Assembly (NCBI GenBank): GCA_964016885.1
Contig: OZ024740.1
Span: forward strand, 169,074,001 to 169,138,000
From: Eledone cirrhosa
Lineage: Eukaryota
Direction of reading: 5' to 3'
Length of the DNA stretch: 64,000 bases
This document shows positions 46,945 to 61,278 of the stretch, in pieces. The notes beneath the pieces were generated by a model. It was not told where the DNA came from. It did no database searches and saw nothing but the letters and a program-made list of their open reading frames with translations. The first letter of the stretch is position 1. Each line of letters opens with the position of its first letter. A program made the position numbers and the translations under genes.

Positions 46945-49900
46945 GTAAGTTACAGCCTGTCTTTATTTTTTCAATTCCTTGCACTTTAATTATTATTCTT
47001 ATCTATTATGTCCCGCGAATATTTTAGCCTTTTAAGAACTCACAAAACCTATTTCCTTCACTTTTCATTTATTTGTTAATAGGACAGTCTATTGTGAAAT
47101 GTCAAATTTATTTTCGCTTCTGCAACCTGGTCACCGACAAATTTCCACTATCTCTGACAAGTAACAAGCGAAAACAAAACAAAAAAAAAAGGAATAAAAT
47201 TCATTCAATATAAGTCATTAGTCTTTTTTTTTTACAGAAAAGAATGTTACTATGAGAGGAGCAGTATATCATCCAGAATGTAGAGTTGCAGTGGAATTGT
47301 CAGTGACCCGCTTGCAAAGTGCGACGAAACTTTTTGATATCTCATAAGAGACTGTACTGTTAAGAAACGAACGAAAAGTGAATGTAATATTTTTGTGTAA
47401 TATTGAAATTAGCTAAGTGACCCTTTCACGATGTAATTGAATGTTAAAGGAGTACAACTCTGTAATTCTTTCTTCCTTTCTATTTTATTGATGATTCTAA
47501 CCGTGTTGTTTCTATACGAAATATATTCTACCGCATGTTATAACGATGCTGAGTAATGCTTGATGTTGAAGGATCATAAATTATCATGTATTTATTATTT
47601 CTATTTTATTCGCTTTACATCGTTAATAAAGCATCTTGATATCGTGAGTGTTTTGATGTTTCTGAAGTAAATATATGCGGTGTTTTGTGAAATTATGAGA
47701 CGTAGACAACGAATTGATATAATAAACATTCGAAACAATACTACTGAATTAAAGAAACAATCACTTTTTGGTAATTAAGATTCGCGCCCCCATATAGTTA
47801 TATGTAAACGAATTAAAAGAACAGTATATAGTGCAATATTTGTTTTAAAATAAATGATTTTATTTTATTGGGTTTGCGAATTCCTATATACAGGGTCAGA
47901 AATGACGACTGGTATTGAATAAATTTTATTCTACATATTTTACTTGTTACTTGCTAAAAGGAGTGTTCTTTGTCAGATATATCCTGAAACGTGAATGTAA
48001 ATATATAAAAGCCACTTTGTTCTTCATTTAATATGGGATGTGAAACTTCATAACCTTTTTTTTGTTGATTAAAAAATTGTTTATATTTATATATATAAAG
48101 ATTCAGGACCCCGATGGCTGAGCTCCGGCCGTTTCGACAGCTAAATCCGAACATATACATAATGCTATATAGATAGTATTTCAAGTGTGGTTAACTGTAT
48201 CTTGTTTCACACTGGGACATTTCTCCACAATTTGTACTAACATTTCAACTTCAAGTTTGGACAATAGGTATTTTATTTGCCAAGAGGAACAAAATAAGCT
48301 ATTTGTTGCCATGTCCCCGGTAATAGCGATCCTGCTACTGCCACCTTTTTTACGAGAAAGATTATGACAATAACTTAATTGAATGACTCATTTCAGACAA
48401 ACCGCCCCTCCACCCCGAGGCGTCACTGTTCACATTACAATCTTTTGTTTGCACGTGAGATCTTATCCCCGATAACCTTTTATTTTAAAGGTCTTTTTAA
48501 AATAAATAAAACTTAGGAGGTCCTTATAGACCTCCACCTTCCTCTATTTAGTGGAAATCTCTACATAAACATGTAAATTTCGTCTACAAAGCCTCCACAC
48601 CAAAGATGTTTACATTTTATATCTTGGTGTCCTCTGTGTATACTACTGGTAAAGAAAATTTTCGTCTAATGATATATCTATCTTTCGATTTGTATGTAAA
48701 ACATATCTGCAAATCATTTTATTTGCAGTTGGGGCATGCCGTATATGTAGACATTGCAACTGAAGTGACATCTGTGTGTGTGAGATAAAGGACAATATAT
48801 TTATCCCACGCATTTTATCTGAAAGTAAATTGTTACTAATCTTTCTTAAGCGTCAACCATCAGTGAAGTGATTAGCGGTGTTAATTTTAGAAGGTAAACC
48901 CTATTGACAGTTGTTATGCTCATTACCTTTCTCAAGGACATAAGCATCTAGTGATATAGGGTTCGAAAGACGAATGTAGTGTCGGTGCGCTGGGCTGGGA
49001 GCTTGTCTTCTACTCTACAATGCGACTCATCGTGTATGTTTTAATTACACATTATTATAGAATTAAAGGGTTGGTTGTAAAAATAAACGAAAATAACCAC
49101 TAGTATGTTGAGAAACGAAGGAATGAGTCTATTATTTCTGAGATAATTAATATATTTTACAGATAAAGATTTAATTTATGAGGAAGGGAAAAATGATTTT
49201 GTGATGCTCATACTTGTTTTTCTCGAAGGTACTTGTATCATTATTGCAATGAAATTATTCTACTGCATTCATATCTTTTTTCGAAGTCAAGCTGTTGTAC
49301 GTGATTCGGTATTATTACGATAAAATGTTTCGACTCTCAGACATATTTGCGTGTATATGTATATATTACATTAGATTATATATTCAATACTATTTTGAGT
49401 ATTTTAGATAATCTACTATGATGCTAAAAACTGGCCGTTTATCTATTAAAACTAATCTATAACCGCAGCCAGTTCAGCTCTGATTGAACAGGCCTATGGG
49501 CAAATATATTCTTACCGTGACCATCCCATTCCCCTCCAATACTACATTATCCAGCGTGTTATTTTTCGAAAATGTCTGTGATCTGAAGACTTGGGTACTA
49601 TTTCTAACGGGCTGAACAACTTGGAGAATTCACTGTTGCTTTTACGCTTTGTTTTTAATGTTAGCGCGACTGACCTTTTAAACGCAATAGGTATTGTCCC
49701 GGGAATTACTAGATACGTACCATTTGTTTCTGACTTGAAATATCGCGATGTTTGACCGTATTTTACGGGTCGATAAATTACACATCAGTATTATAAATAT
49801 TTGAAATATTTATAAACCCCTATATATACTATACTGGCCCACACTTGTTTTATATATAGTTTTTTTTTTTTTTTTTTTTTTTTTTTATTCAAGAGACCTT

Positions 49901-50024
49901 TTTTTTCTCAGCCAGACTTCGGTCTGATTTTGATTTTAACAACCTATGGGAATGTCTTATTTTTACTTGGTGAAAAGTATTACTAAAAATATAATGATTT
50001 CTTTATTGGACACTATTAAAACTG

Positions 50025-50212
50025 ATTGGTAGATTGGCAGTATTGGTAGAGAGTCAGACACCATGCTTTGCACCATAGTTATGGGCCTTTATGTTCTGAG
50101 TTCTCCCGCCGAGGTTAACTTTGCTTTTCATTCTTACGGGGTCGATAAAATAAAGTACCAGTAATGCACTAGGGTAATTGCTGGCCTTGTGCCAAATGTA
50201 GAAACAACTATT
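50025..50212 (+). mobile_element. Second-family tRNA-SINE
   Basis: Homologous to 37890-38080. Confidence 0.8.
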
Positions 50213-53200
50213 AGGTTAGGCAGTTCCAGGTTGTTTGGCATAACATAATCTGATCTTAGCTAATTCAGTCATAGTGATTTTCTGAGTCATTAAAGAGTTG
50301 GACAAAATGCTTTGTGGCATTTCTTTCAGCCCTTAATGTTCTGAGTTCAAAACACACACACACACACTCACATACGCAAGCAAGTTCGCATACACACATT
50401 TTGCATCATCTCCATTCTGACATGAGTTGAACTTCAGTGTTGTGAAGGACATGACAGCCTCCCCAGTGTTGTTGATTTATACGATAAATGCACGCTGTAA
50501 AGTGGTTGGTGATAGGAAGGGCACCCGACCTTAGAAAACCTGTGAAAGAAAAGGCTGGAAGATACTTTAGCTATGCCAAAGACATGACAACTTCCTTAAT
50601 GTTGGTGCCATGATAAAATGCAATTGGTTGTGTGCAGGATCTAGGAACCACATCTGCCTTGGCTATTGACACCTAGGGCAGAGAAATTCTTCTACTGATG
50701 TAGTACTAATATCACCCCCTCACAGGAGGTCAGAAATGGGCTCCACTTGTATACTGACTGGTCTATTCCTTGCCAGCAGAGAAAACAAATGTTAAATTAT
50801 GATGATGATTACTGATTCAAGGCATCTTTGACAGAAGCCTCTCATTGTTACCTCAAACCTTCCAGTAAGATAGTGGTTTGATGGTGGCCTGCCTCCTTTT
50901 TCTTGGTGTATAGCCAAACAGTGTACAGTTCTACCCTGCCTGTGTTATTCATTCTATGTACTTAAGGATTTGTGGAATGATTTGATTATGGCTGTTATGT
51001 GTAGGGAGGAGGAGAGGTTATGTTTGGCAGATCATTAATTATTGGCCTTTTCATTGTAATTTGTCAGAAACTTTGCTGGTAAGTCAATACTAGTTCCTAA
51101 GTCTCTGGATAGCAGTATTGGAGATTCTTATTGGTAAATATTGTAAATTAAAACACCAGTTGGCAGAGTATGTAATGGAAGAATGGGCAGCATTGGGAGT
51201 GATTGTGTTGTTGATTAAAGGCTGGAGTATAGGTTGGGTGGGGGATGGGAAGGTGACTTAGTGATTTAAATGTATTGACTCTGATGTTGATATTGATTTC
51301 CTTTGGTTAATCTTTTGGGAGTTATTTTAAATCAGGTAGACTTGCTTGCTTATAATATGAGAATAGTATTGAAATCTAGAATGAGACAAAAAATATCAAT
51401 GTTAATCATGTTTTATAATGTTGAGGTCTTTAATCATGTGGATATGCTATGGAGGTTAGGTAAACTTTTATGTTCCTCCACTTGGCTATATGCTTGTGTA
51501 TACAACATATTGTTGAATTAAATTGCATGCACTTACATAATCTCACTTTTATTTATATCAATTGTTATAACTATTGAAAAAAACAAATGCCTTCACTTCA
51601 TGATTCCACTGAACATGGAATAAATGCTTAAAGGTTTGAACATCTGACATTTAAGTTGATAAATTTGTATGCCATAGAATTCTCTTACTGCCCACAGCAT
51701 ACAAGCTTTTACGACATAATTCTAACTGATGCAGTTTTCTCACACTGTTGTTTTTATTAGATTTTTAATAGTCCAGTATAAATTATAATACATTTTTTTT
51801 CTGAGTATTTTAGTGAATAACTAGTGTCTTTATTCTGATTCATAGTATGGGGTGAGACTAGCATACAACTGATGATTCTATTCAAAACAATATTAAAAAC
51901 ATTGTAGCACAATAGTGACATGAAGCATACAAGGGCTATATGTATCCCTCCTACATTCCTGCTATAGGATTGAAAATAGGTATCACTGACATTAGTTACA
52001 ATCATTTATACACCTTTGTCTGCCTTTTCATGCTGACATGAGTTGGACAAGACTTTTAAAAATAGTATTTTCTCTATAATTGAAAGCTCTTCCTTATGTC
52101 AACCCATCCTTTTTTTAAACTATAAATATGGTATGTACCACTCAGCTTTGTAAACCATTCTGCTGCAGGATGTGTTGTTTATACAAATGTCACTGGTTCT
52201 TTTGACTTGTTGATATGAAGGTGTTTGTAGTAAGCTGACTTACACACTGTGCACAATGTCTTGATAAATGGTGTCAATGTTATCTGATCTTCACAGGTAC
52301 TTTAGTGGGATTTCCAAACAGGCATTTGTTTGTCATGTACTGCTGTCACTTCAAATCAAGGGTCACTTGTAGTATCCTTTTTATTTGTTTGGTGAGTGTC
52401 CATGCTTCATTGGCATACAAATATACTCATTCAATAGTGACTAGGAACAACCTTATCTTTGTTTGTGGCTGTCTTGACTTCTAAATTTTCTACCATTTAT
52501 GTCTTGTAAGTACATTTTGGGAGTGGACAGCTCCTCAGTCCTCCTCCACATCTTAAAGCTCTTGTGTCTCTCTCCTAATGCCACACTCTGCTAGACCACT
52601 TCAGTTGGCAGGTTAAATGAAGTAAAAGCATGATGTTGATAGGGCATCACTTGGTGGATGAATATCCTTGTCTTAGGAATCAATGGCCAGGGCAGATGTT
52701 TCCTAGAAACTCATGGTCACTTGTCCATGACCAGAGGGACCACCTAGCGGGAAGATATCAGTTGTAGTTAAGCCTTGAAAAGGATGGGCTCCACCATGCT
52801 GTATATGACCTAGATATGATGCATAAACAAGCACCACCCATACCCTGGAGTGTCAAGTGAAAAGTGAACTAATATTTGGTAGATGGAAACTATGTGGAAG
52901 CTTGTGTGTGTGATTGCTGATATAGATAGTTATGTCCTTAAAGAGAAGTTATTAATTAAAAGTATATAACTTAATACATTTACTTAACCAGGGGGTAAAA
53001 AGATTGACAAAATGAGCTCTGGACTATAAAAGGGGTGGGTGAGGGCAATGTAATTGACTAAAACCCTTGAAGATGGTGCGCTTGCATGGCCACTATCCTA
53101 TAACTGAAACCATCAAACAATTGAAAGAATCTTATGAAATATCTTTGATACTAATGTGGTTAGGTTGTTATTCTCAATCATAAGGTGATGTTTTCTATTC

Positions 53201-53470
53201 TTGGACTGAGCAACATATATTCCTGAGCAAAGCACTTCATTTTGTGTTGCTTTTCATGATAGGACTGGGGACTCTATCATTAAAACTTCAGAAAAACTTA
53301 TGAGATGCAGCCTTATAGAGGGCCAGTTAAAACTGCAAATGTCTGAGCTGTAAATTGCACTTTTTTTTTTTTTTTTTTCAGTTTCATGTATAAATTTTTT
53401 TTCATGCAATAATTTTTTTTTTTTTTATTTTGTTCTGTATTTTGATGTTTATTTTTCTTTTTCTTTTTAG

Positions 53471-53608
53471 GGATTTTTCTTCCGTTCTGATCTATCTTCT
53501 GAATCTGACAACATGACCGATCGTCTTCACGTGTTTACTGATGAAGTGGAACCACCCTATCGTACCATTAAGACATTGTGGGCCACTCTCTTGCAAGCTG
53601 TTATATTG
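53471..53608 (+). CDS. TMEM192: TMEM192 coding exon 2 (GFFFRSDLSS...PYRTIKTLWATLLQAVIL)
   Basis: Long polypyrimidine tract plus ttttag acceptor; donor TTG|gtaagg; 138 nt open, phase 0/0. Confidence 0.85.
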
Positions 53609-53889
53609 GTAAGGTTTGTCTGTGTGTGTGAACTAGGATGTCAGTAACTTAATACTTTTATGACTACATTTCTAATGAAATTCACTGTTTTTGAATTAAG
53701 CATGGGAAAGTGGACATAAAAACGATGATGAAAATATATATATATATATATATGTGGTTGGTGTTAGGAAGGGCATCCAACTGTAAAATCTGGCCAAATT
53801 TACAGTCCTCATCGGAGCGAAGTGCGACATGGCCAACCATAGCCTGACTTGCCTCCTGGCATGGATGACCTGTCTAACTAGCTAGTCAT

Positions 53890-54680
53890 TTTCATGACAG
53901 GAAAAATGACTTGAGGTGGTGGACAGGTTTGTGAATCTCAGAAGTACACTTAGTAGAGATGGTAACTTCCATGCTGAAATAAATCACAGGATTGCAAAAG
54001 CAAGTCTTGCCTTTGGGAAGCTTGAGAAGTGAGTCTGGTCAGATCAGGGTATCACAAGAAACACAAAACTCTTTGCCACTGTTCTTACAGCCCTGCTATT
54101 GGTGGACAACTTACAGGCATCACATAAGGCAGCTGTAATATACATGAATGGCAAAGCATAAATGAACTGAGAAACCAGGCATAAGAGAGATCAGATGCAG
54201 TGTGCAGGAGAGAATGCATTGGTATGGCATGTGATGCATATGAAGAATGACAGCTGTATAAAAAGGTGCAGGGCACTCAAAGTTCAAGGAAGCTATGGTG
54301 TAGGAAGACTAGGGTAGAGGTGATAAAAGCTGACCTTGCACAATTGCATCCCATGAAGCGATGACACAGGATCAAGATTTTTGGTATTATGCAGTGATAC
54401 AGAAGACCTGCCTTCCCATGTGCATGAGTTGAAGCATACATCTTGTTTACTCTGTCCCTGACACACATCCCCAGATTTACCTCTCCAATTCCTACACACC
54501 TTCTCCACCCAAGTCCCCAGCCCACACTATAAAGTGGTCGTATAGGTGTCACAACAAAAAACGCCCAGTCCACACTGTAAAGTGGTTGTGTAGATGTCAT
54601 GACAAAAAGCACCCAGCACACACAGTAAATGTGGTTAGTAGAAACCAAGTCAAAATCAGTTATGTATGAACAAGACCTGT
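53890..54680 (+). mobile_element. Mosaic of RTE LINE fragments in TMEM192 intron 2
   Basis: EINHRIAKASLAFGKL-type remnant, then RTE 3' coding remnant and the 49-bp module. Confidence 0.65.
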
Positions 54681-54996
54681 ATATTACTATTACACATCCA
54701 TTGAAGCATAGAAGCTTCAATTCTTTCCAATCTTCGCAGGTCCTCTGCACACAGCGCTCAGGTCTCATGTATAGACATATTGTAAACCTGACTCACACAT
54801 TACACCTTAATTTTTGTGTTTTTGAAATTTTTTTATTTTGATGTTAGTCCCTATGATCAAAGATGTTGCAGCCATAACTATCCCATCTTTTTCATCAAAC
54901 ACAACGTACCTAGGCTTACATTATCCAATATGCCTTTTCTTCCCTCTAAGTTTGTAAAACCCCAAAAATGGATACAGTTGACAATGTAGTCATTAA

Positions 54997-55213
54997 CGCT
55001 TTAGCGTTTACATTACTCTATATACTATTATATTTCTGTAGTAAAGGCTTTATCTCATAATTATCTCGCATAATATTGAATCTATCAGATTTTGATATTA
55101 TTTATTTTGAGACCAATACCTTAACATCAGTATGAGCGACCAGTCACACCCAGTTTGAACAGAACGAGGTGAGAGAATTCTGGCTGGATACAGCCAGTTT
55201 AAATGCTAAAGGG
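54997..55213. mobile_element. piggyBac-like MITE (same family as 33771, opposite orientation)
   Basis: TTAA|CGCTTTAGCGTTTAC ... AAATGCTAAAGGG|TTGA. Confidence 0.82.
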
Positions 55214-55390
55214 TTGATATACAAAAAGACTGAATAGTCATGATTGGAATGTTTTAGATCATAGGTTTATTCAACCAGGAGTCTGTGATTCAAAGGTCCT
55301 GCTTTGTCACAAGGTTTCCTCCTGATTTGGCTTGGAGATTAAGTTAAAGGTATATGTATTTACGGAGTACTTTGTTACATGTTAATTTAA

Positions 55391-55585
55391 CCCGTTAGCA
55401 TTTACATTACTCTATATTTACTATTGTTTTTTCACGGTAAAGGCTTTACCTCATATAATATTGAATCTATGAGATTTTGATATTTATTTTGAGAACAATA
55501 CCTTAAACATAGTATGAGTGGCCAGTTACGGCTGAAAGAGGCATGAGAATTCTGATCAAATATGGTCGGTTTAAATGCTAAAGTG
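55391..55585. mobile_element. piggyBac-like MITE, second adjacent copy
   Basis: TTAA|CCCGTTAGCATTTAC ... AAATGCTAAAGTG|TTAA. Confidence 0.8.
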
Positions 55586-56682
55586 TTAATAAGTAGGACA
55601 TTCTTTTAATAGGATGGATAATTGAATACTTCTCATTGAAACTGATCAGTAGTCCATCATTCAATCAAGGTAGCTAAACAATAAAGGGATTTTGAATTTG
55701 TTTTAGTGGGCATTCAGCTTTGGTGCAGTTAGAATCACATTTGTTGTCTAGCAAACTTTTTATTAATCAGTCAAATCATACAGCATAGATTAGCAATGTC
55801 CAATGTGTTGCGAACATTTGAATAAGACCGCCACTCTGGGAATAGTTTTCTCCCTTCCTCTTATTTGCCTCAAGGTCTTTGCAAAAGGTCATGGGTACTG
55901 TCTTTCCTCCTCTAAGCCATGAAAAAGAAAATGAAAAAAGAAATATTATTTTATGGTGGTGGATTGACAGAATCATTAAAACATTGAACAAAGTGTTTTG
56001 CATTTAGTTACCACCCTTTACATTCTACTGAGGTTAACTTTGCTTTTCATCATTTCAGGGTTGATAAAATAAAGTACCTGTCAATTTAATCAACTTTGCT
56101 CTCCTCAAAATTACTAGCCTTGTGCCTAAAGGAGAAATCATTATTTTAGAGTAAAGCCCACCATCAGTGTCATTGTTTTTACATCTACTTTTCCAGGCTG
56201 GTATGGGCGAGGCAGGGCTTTTTGAGGTAGTGTTTTACTGCTGGATACCCTTCCTAATGCTATCTCTTTTAATTGAATAGTACTACATGCAGAGATACTG
56301 TGTGCCTATTTTAAAAATTCTGAGAGACATGGAAATATTCTTATATAAAAATTAATTATATATGTATGTTTGTGACTCAGCCAATTCCATATTTATTTTC
56401 TTACACTGTTTTGTACTGTTTTGATCTATTGTTGTTATAAAGAAACATATTGTACAAGGATTGGCATTACTTGCGTCCTTCCACTCTTTTAAGATGTTAG
56501 GTTTTGATTTGAGAGATTTATTTCTAGCTGATCAAGCAACTTCATAAAGACTCTTTTGTTGGCTTGTGGCGTAGCTGAAATATCTTACAAAAACAAAATA
56601 CAAAATTCTGAATTCAAACCACTCTGTAGTTGTTTTTACCTTTCATCTTCAATTTACTTGTATATTTTTCTTTTCTTTTTAG

Positions 56683-56908
56683 GTCACATTGTGTTTAATA
56701 ACATTCCTGTATCCTTGGTTATGTACCACTTGTCAGCCTGACCCAGTATCAATTGTAATATATTCACAAGTTCTCACATGGGCATTCATCATAGCCCTCC
56801 ATGTTTACATCTACATCCAGCATCATTACATCTACATCTCTGGTTATCTTGATTTCTCCCAGCGGATGCAGTACAAACGTCATGTACCAGCAGTCTGTGT
56901 AACATTAG
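56683..56908 (+). CDS. TMEM192: TMEM192 coding exon 3 (VTLCLITFLYPW...YIQHHYIYISGYLDF...VTLG)
   Basis: tttttag acceptor and G|gtatgt donor. Hydrophobic TM segments; YIQHH..I...GY resembles human TMEM192 YIQYHHSKIRNRGY (recalled, not aligned by tool). Confidence 0.9.
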
Positions 56909-57344
56909 GTATGTAGTTCACAAAATTCTTTTTTCTTTTTTCATTGATACATTTTTTGTTGTGTGTGTTCATTGCACTGTATTGTTGCTGTTGTTGTAGT
57001 TGTTTAGCCTTATGAACAGACCTATATGCAAAGGCATTCATACTGTGATCATTGTGACTTTGTCTGTGAATTAAACAAATGGGAAGAAAGGCCCTCAATA
57101 TAACAAAGAAAATATGGAATATAAACGCACGCACGTACGCACACGCGCGCGGTGGGTTTCCAACCAGTTTATTACATAAGGCATTCCTCAACTCAAGGTT
57201 ATGGTACAAAATCAATGGATTGAACCTGGAACTATGTGATCATGGAGCAAACTTCACACACCTATATCTGCATACTTTGTCACACCACTATTTGAATAAA
57301 CATCTTTCTGTTTGTGTCTATTGATCTCATTGACTTTGTTTCAG

Positions 57345-57497
57345 GCATGCTCTTGAAAATGCTAACCACCCAGATTTTTGCTGAATTCAAATGTGTATGG
57401 CATGAAAAATGTGGCATCCTGAAGCCATATGTCTACCTTCAAATCATTACAACAATTGAGGTGTTTGTTGCTTTTCTGTTTTTGGTGCAGTATGGCT
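57345..57497 (+). CDS. TMEM192: TMEM192 coding exon 4 (GMLLKML...YLQIITTIEVFVAFLFLVQYG)
   Basis: ttcag acceptor and T|gtaagt donor; 153 nt, phase 1/1; TM segment comparable to YLDLILAILALELIC. Confidence 0.88.
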
Positions 57498-58019
57498 GTA
57501 AGTTTTCATTTTGTTTATAAATTAAACAATTTAAGAGTTAGTTAGTTTATGAAACCTCATCTCATAAGGTCTTGTAGGGCCTCTGAAGGCTAAGGCCACT
57601 GCCATTACCTCCAGACTTATCAAGTGAAAAAAACCCCAATTGAAATAGATAAATATGCTTTCTCCAACTAGTTGTTATAATAACTGTAACTAAATCTATA
57701 TCAATATACTATCAGTGAAACAGCTTAAATATGTATGAAATACATTTCTGCTTCACTACAAAATTACTTTCTGATTTCAGTCAATGCTATATTTCAAAAT
57801 TACAATAATAGTACTAACAGTTGCAATAATATAATAATAGTTTCTAATTTAGGCACAAAGCTTGCAATTTGGGGATAATAATGATTTAAAAAAAAAAAAT
57901 CATGTCATCTCTGTAAAAAATAAAAACAATGTTTAAAATGAATTCATGAAGAATTACTATAATTCGCATTCAACAAATTGGTTAGAAACTTAGGGCTTTA
58001 CTTCTGGGGGAATGCCTGG

Positions 58020-58367
58020 TATCATCATCATCATCATTTTTACGTCCACTTTTCCCTGCTTGCAAGGGTGGGACGGGAACTGATTCTGGCTTGATTTCTA
58101 CAGCTGGATGCCCTTCCTAACACCAACCTCATTTACAGTGAGTGCTGGGTCCTTTTTTCCGTGGCACCTCCACGACCACTTTGTAGTGGAATGATAGGGA
58201 CCCCAATCCCTATCATCTCATTTCTACAGCTGAGTAAACTGGAGCAATGTGAAATAAAGTGTCTTGCTCAAGGAAACAACACATCACCCGGTCTGAGAAT
58301 TGAACTCGCAACCTTTCGATTGCAAGGCCAATGCTCTAACCTCTAACCACTAAGCCATGTGCCTCCA
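58020..58367 (-). mobile_element. CORE-type SINE, full length, in TMEM192 intron 4
   Basis: Reverse complement of the reference copy. Confidence 0.9.
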
Positions 58368-58597
58368 TTTCCAACTATTTCTAACACTCGTAGATAGGTA
58401 TAGTCTATTAAATCAAGTGAAGTACTCGATTATAAGGTATTTGAAGATAAACTAGACATTGGCAGGGCTTCAATTCAATATAGAGAGAAACTATCAAATA
58501 CAACCAGGCAATTTGTCTATCACTATACAAATTCTACCAATACGCTATCCCTCAGTAAGATGATAATTACTATTATATGTATTTTTTATTTTCACAG

Positions 58598-58706
58598 ATC
58601 ATGTTTCACAGTTCAATATTGCCAAGAAACTCCCAGATGTTATTGAGGATGAAACTCAGCAAAGTGGACTTCCTTATTCTCAGAATTTCCAGGACATTGG
58701 AGAACG
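58598..58706 (+). CDS. TMEM192: TMEM192 coding exon 5 (YHVSQFNIAKKLPDVIEDE...DIGER)
   Basis: ttcacag acceptor and CG|gtaaat donor; FN.AK..PDV.E matches TMEM192 FNKAKPEPDILEEE. Confidence 0.9.
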
Positions 58707-60429
58707 GTAAATTATACATTTCTCTACTTTTCCTTTTTATTCATATAATTTTTTTTTTCTTTCATAAAATACTTTCATTTCAGTTTTTCAAATTTTACAC
58801 TTGTCATACAGTCACTCACCAACACACTCCAATTTTTGGTCCATAGACATGTTGTTTCTTTAACAGTGGACTCTGCACCTCACAGCTGGCTGGTTTCATG
58901 CCAACTCATTTGCTTTTTCTTTTCATCATTTGCTATACTGTCTAACCACCAGTCCTTAATCCTCTACACTAGAATATCAGTCATCTTCAATTCCTTTCCT
59001 GCTCATGTTTCTCTTGCAGTTATTGACTGCAATTGTTCAAGAGCATCATCTGTATTCATATCACTTTGTCTTTGAGGGCCTTCAAAGGCTATGGGTATAA
59101 GGTTCTTCTTCCAGAATAAGTTAACAAATTCATTAGCATTTTATTTCTAGTAGTTACCTTTTGCTAGTTATTAAATACGTTTTAAGAGACAAGCAAAGTT
59201 TTTTTTGTAATATTTCCTCCTAACCAGAAGCAAGATATTAGTATGGATGGGTTGCTTGAAATCTCTGGGTGTGTGTCGCTATCATCTGTTAGTGGTTATC
59301 AGCTGGGTCTATTAAACTTCTACAACAGTAATTCACTACAAACAACAAATTAACCTGTTGAACTAATGAGTGAGTCTCTGAGGTTGCTGAACCTGTTAGA
59401 GATAGTAGTCAAACCTCCATGAAATCACAGCCTGCCATTTTAAAATAAGGAAAGAATACATAGGTTAATGTGGAGTGGTCATAGGTCTGCTTAGTCAGGG
59501 AAACCCTGAAGCTAAACAATAACTTAACATTTGTTGGCAATTTTGATTTCCCTTTTAGTGTTTGAATGTTTTTGTAGTAGCCATGTTATCTTTATTGTCC
59601 ACTGATATATTAGTATCTGATCCAGGAGTGAGATTTCATTGAGATGCAGAATCTCAGAAAAGCACTTCAGTAGCAGTCAAAATAGTTGAGTGGATGAACT
59701 TTGGACTATAAACTTCTAGTTTGTGTGTTCACTACAAGCTAGAAGTTAATAGTTTGTAAGCTCACCACGGGCATTTTGTTTTTCTGGGCAGGACAGTTTT
59801 TACTTTATGCTTCAGTTCATCTGTCAGGAATAAACACTAGGCCATCTGGGAATCATTTTACATTAATTTTTGTTTGTTTGCTGACATCAGATGGACAGGT
59901 TACTCAACATCCTTTGACCTGTCATGGGCCTTGGTCCTTGAAAATATATGAACTCTTTTAATATCAAACTGTCTGAAACTGCCTCTGGTTCTATGATGCA
60001 AGACTTTATTTTAAAGTGTTAAAACATTCAATCATAATTTTATGTGAGAACTTTTATGTTTCTAACACCAGATTAATAATAAGAAACTGCAGACTAGTCT
60101 CTTCTACATGCATGTTTCATCCTGGGCACATGGGAGTGTGGGTCTTCTGCAGTACAGCATAACCCTAGAGATCTCAAGTCCTAACATCATCATCATCATT
60201 GTGGACTATACCACAGAGCATTGCTTTTGGCCCAAGATTTTCCTGGACATATAGGACATACACAAATATTGTTTTATATATATATATATATATAATATAT
60301 ATATAATATATATAATATATATATAAATATATATAGCCCAACCCATGCAAGCATGGAAAGACAGATATAAAAATGATAATTGATATATGTATTGATATTC
60401 ATTCACTGTGTTTCTCTCTTTTGTTTCAG

Positions 60430-60634
60430 TGGATACTCATTCAACGAGAAGTTACTAGAGAAACAGGCTGATATGGTTCTCAGCTTGAAACGCCGTAATG
60501 AACAACTTGCTCGCCACGTGTTGACTTTGACAACTGAACTAAGATCTTTGAAACATGGTCACATTCAAGACAGCTTCCACGAATCTTCCAACATGTCGAG
60601 CAGCAACACAACTCAATCATTCCTTGGCCATTAA
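60430..60634 (+). CDS. TMEM192: TMEM192 last coding exon (GYSFNEKLLEKQADMVLSLKRRNEQLARHVL...GH*)
   Basis: tttcag acceptor, phase 2; LLEKQAD...LKR.N..L matches the TMEM192 C-terminal coiled coil IVEKQGDTIEYLKRHNALL; TAA stop at 60632-60634. Confidence 0.92.
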
Positions 60635-60757
60635 CCAGAACGTGTGTGTGTGTATGTATGTATGTATGTATGAATGTTTGTCTGTGTGTGTGTGCCTGTA
60701 TTGATGTGTGTATGCTTGCCTACTTGAGTGTTGAAGAATGCAGAATCTCTTGGAGTA

Positions 60758-60788
<31 letters not shown>

Positions 60789-61261
60789 GTTACTGCTAAT
60801 TTTTTTTATTATTATAATCCTCTCATTTCTTAGTTTTCTCTTGATCATTTACATTTTGCTCAACAATAAGATATCCATTTTGTCTTTCCTCCATCCTTTT
60901 TCCTCTCTTTTCTCCATTCTTTTCTCCTTCTCTTTCAATTAGCATTATTTGATCATGTCAATGATTTTGAAATGGCTACACCATACATTAGACTTGAATA
61001 TAACTATAAACACATACTGCCAAGAAACACACACATATACAATGAAAAAAATACATATAATTAAATAATCACTTTTTTTTTTTTTTTTTTTTTTTTTTGA
61101 ACATTTTTGTTGGTTTTCCAATATTAAAAAAAAAAATAAAACATGGTTCATTTAATTTACTGATAGCTTCCGTTTATTGTCTCGTAATTAATGAGGGGAA
61201 ACTAACTAGAAGGATGATTAACTGACACTGCTACTGAACCTTTATTGTGATATCCAATAGG

Positions 61262-61278
61262 AAATAAATAAATAAAAA
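61262..61278 (+). terminator. Candidate polyadenylation signals for TMEM192 (tandem AATAAA)
   Basis: AATAAATAAATAAA about 630 nt after the stop, with U-rich sequence downstream; another AATAAA near 61135. Confidence 0.35.

Noticed and set aside
47238-47383. Possible poison cassette exon in TMEM192 intron 1
   Set aside because: Good acceptor but weak donor and no independent support.
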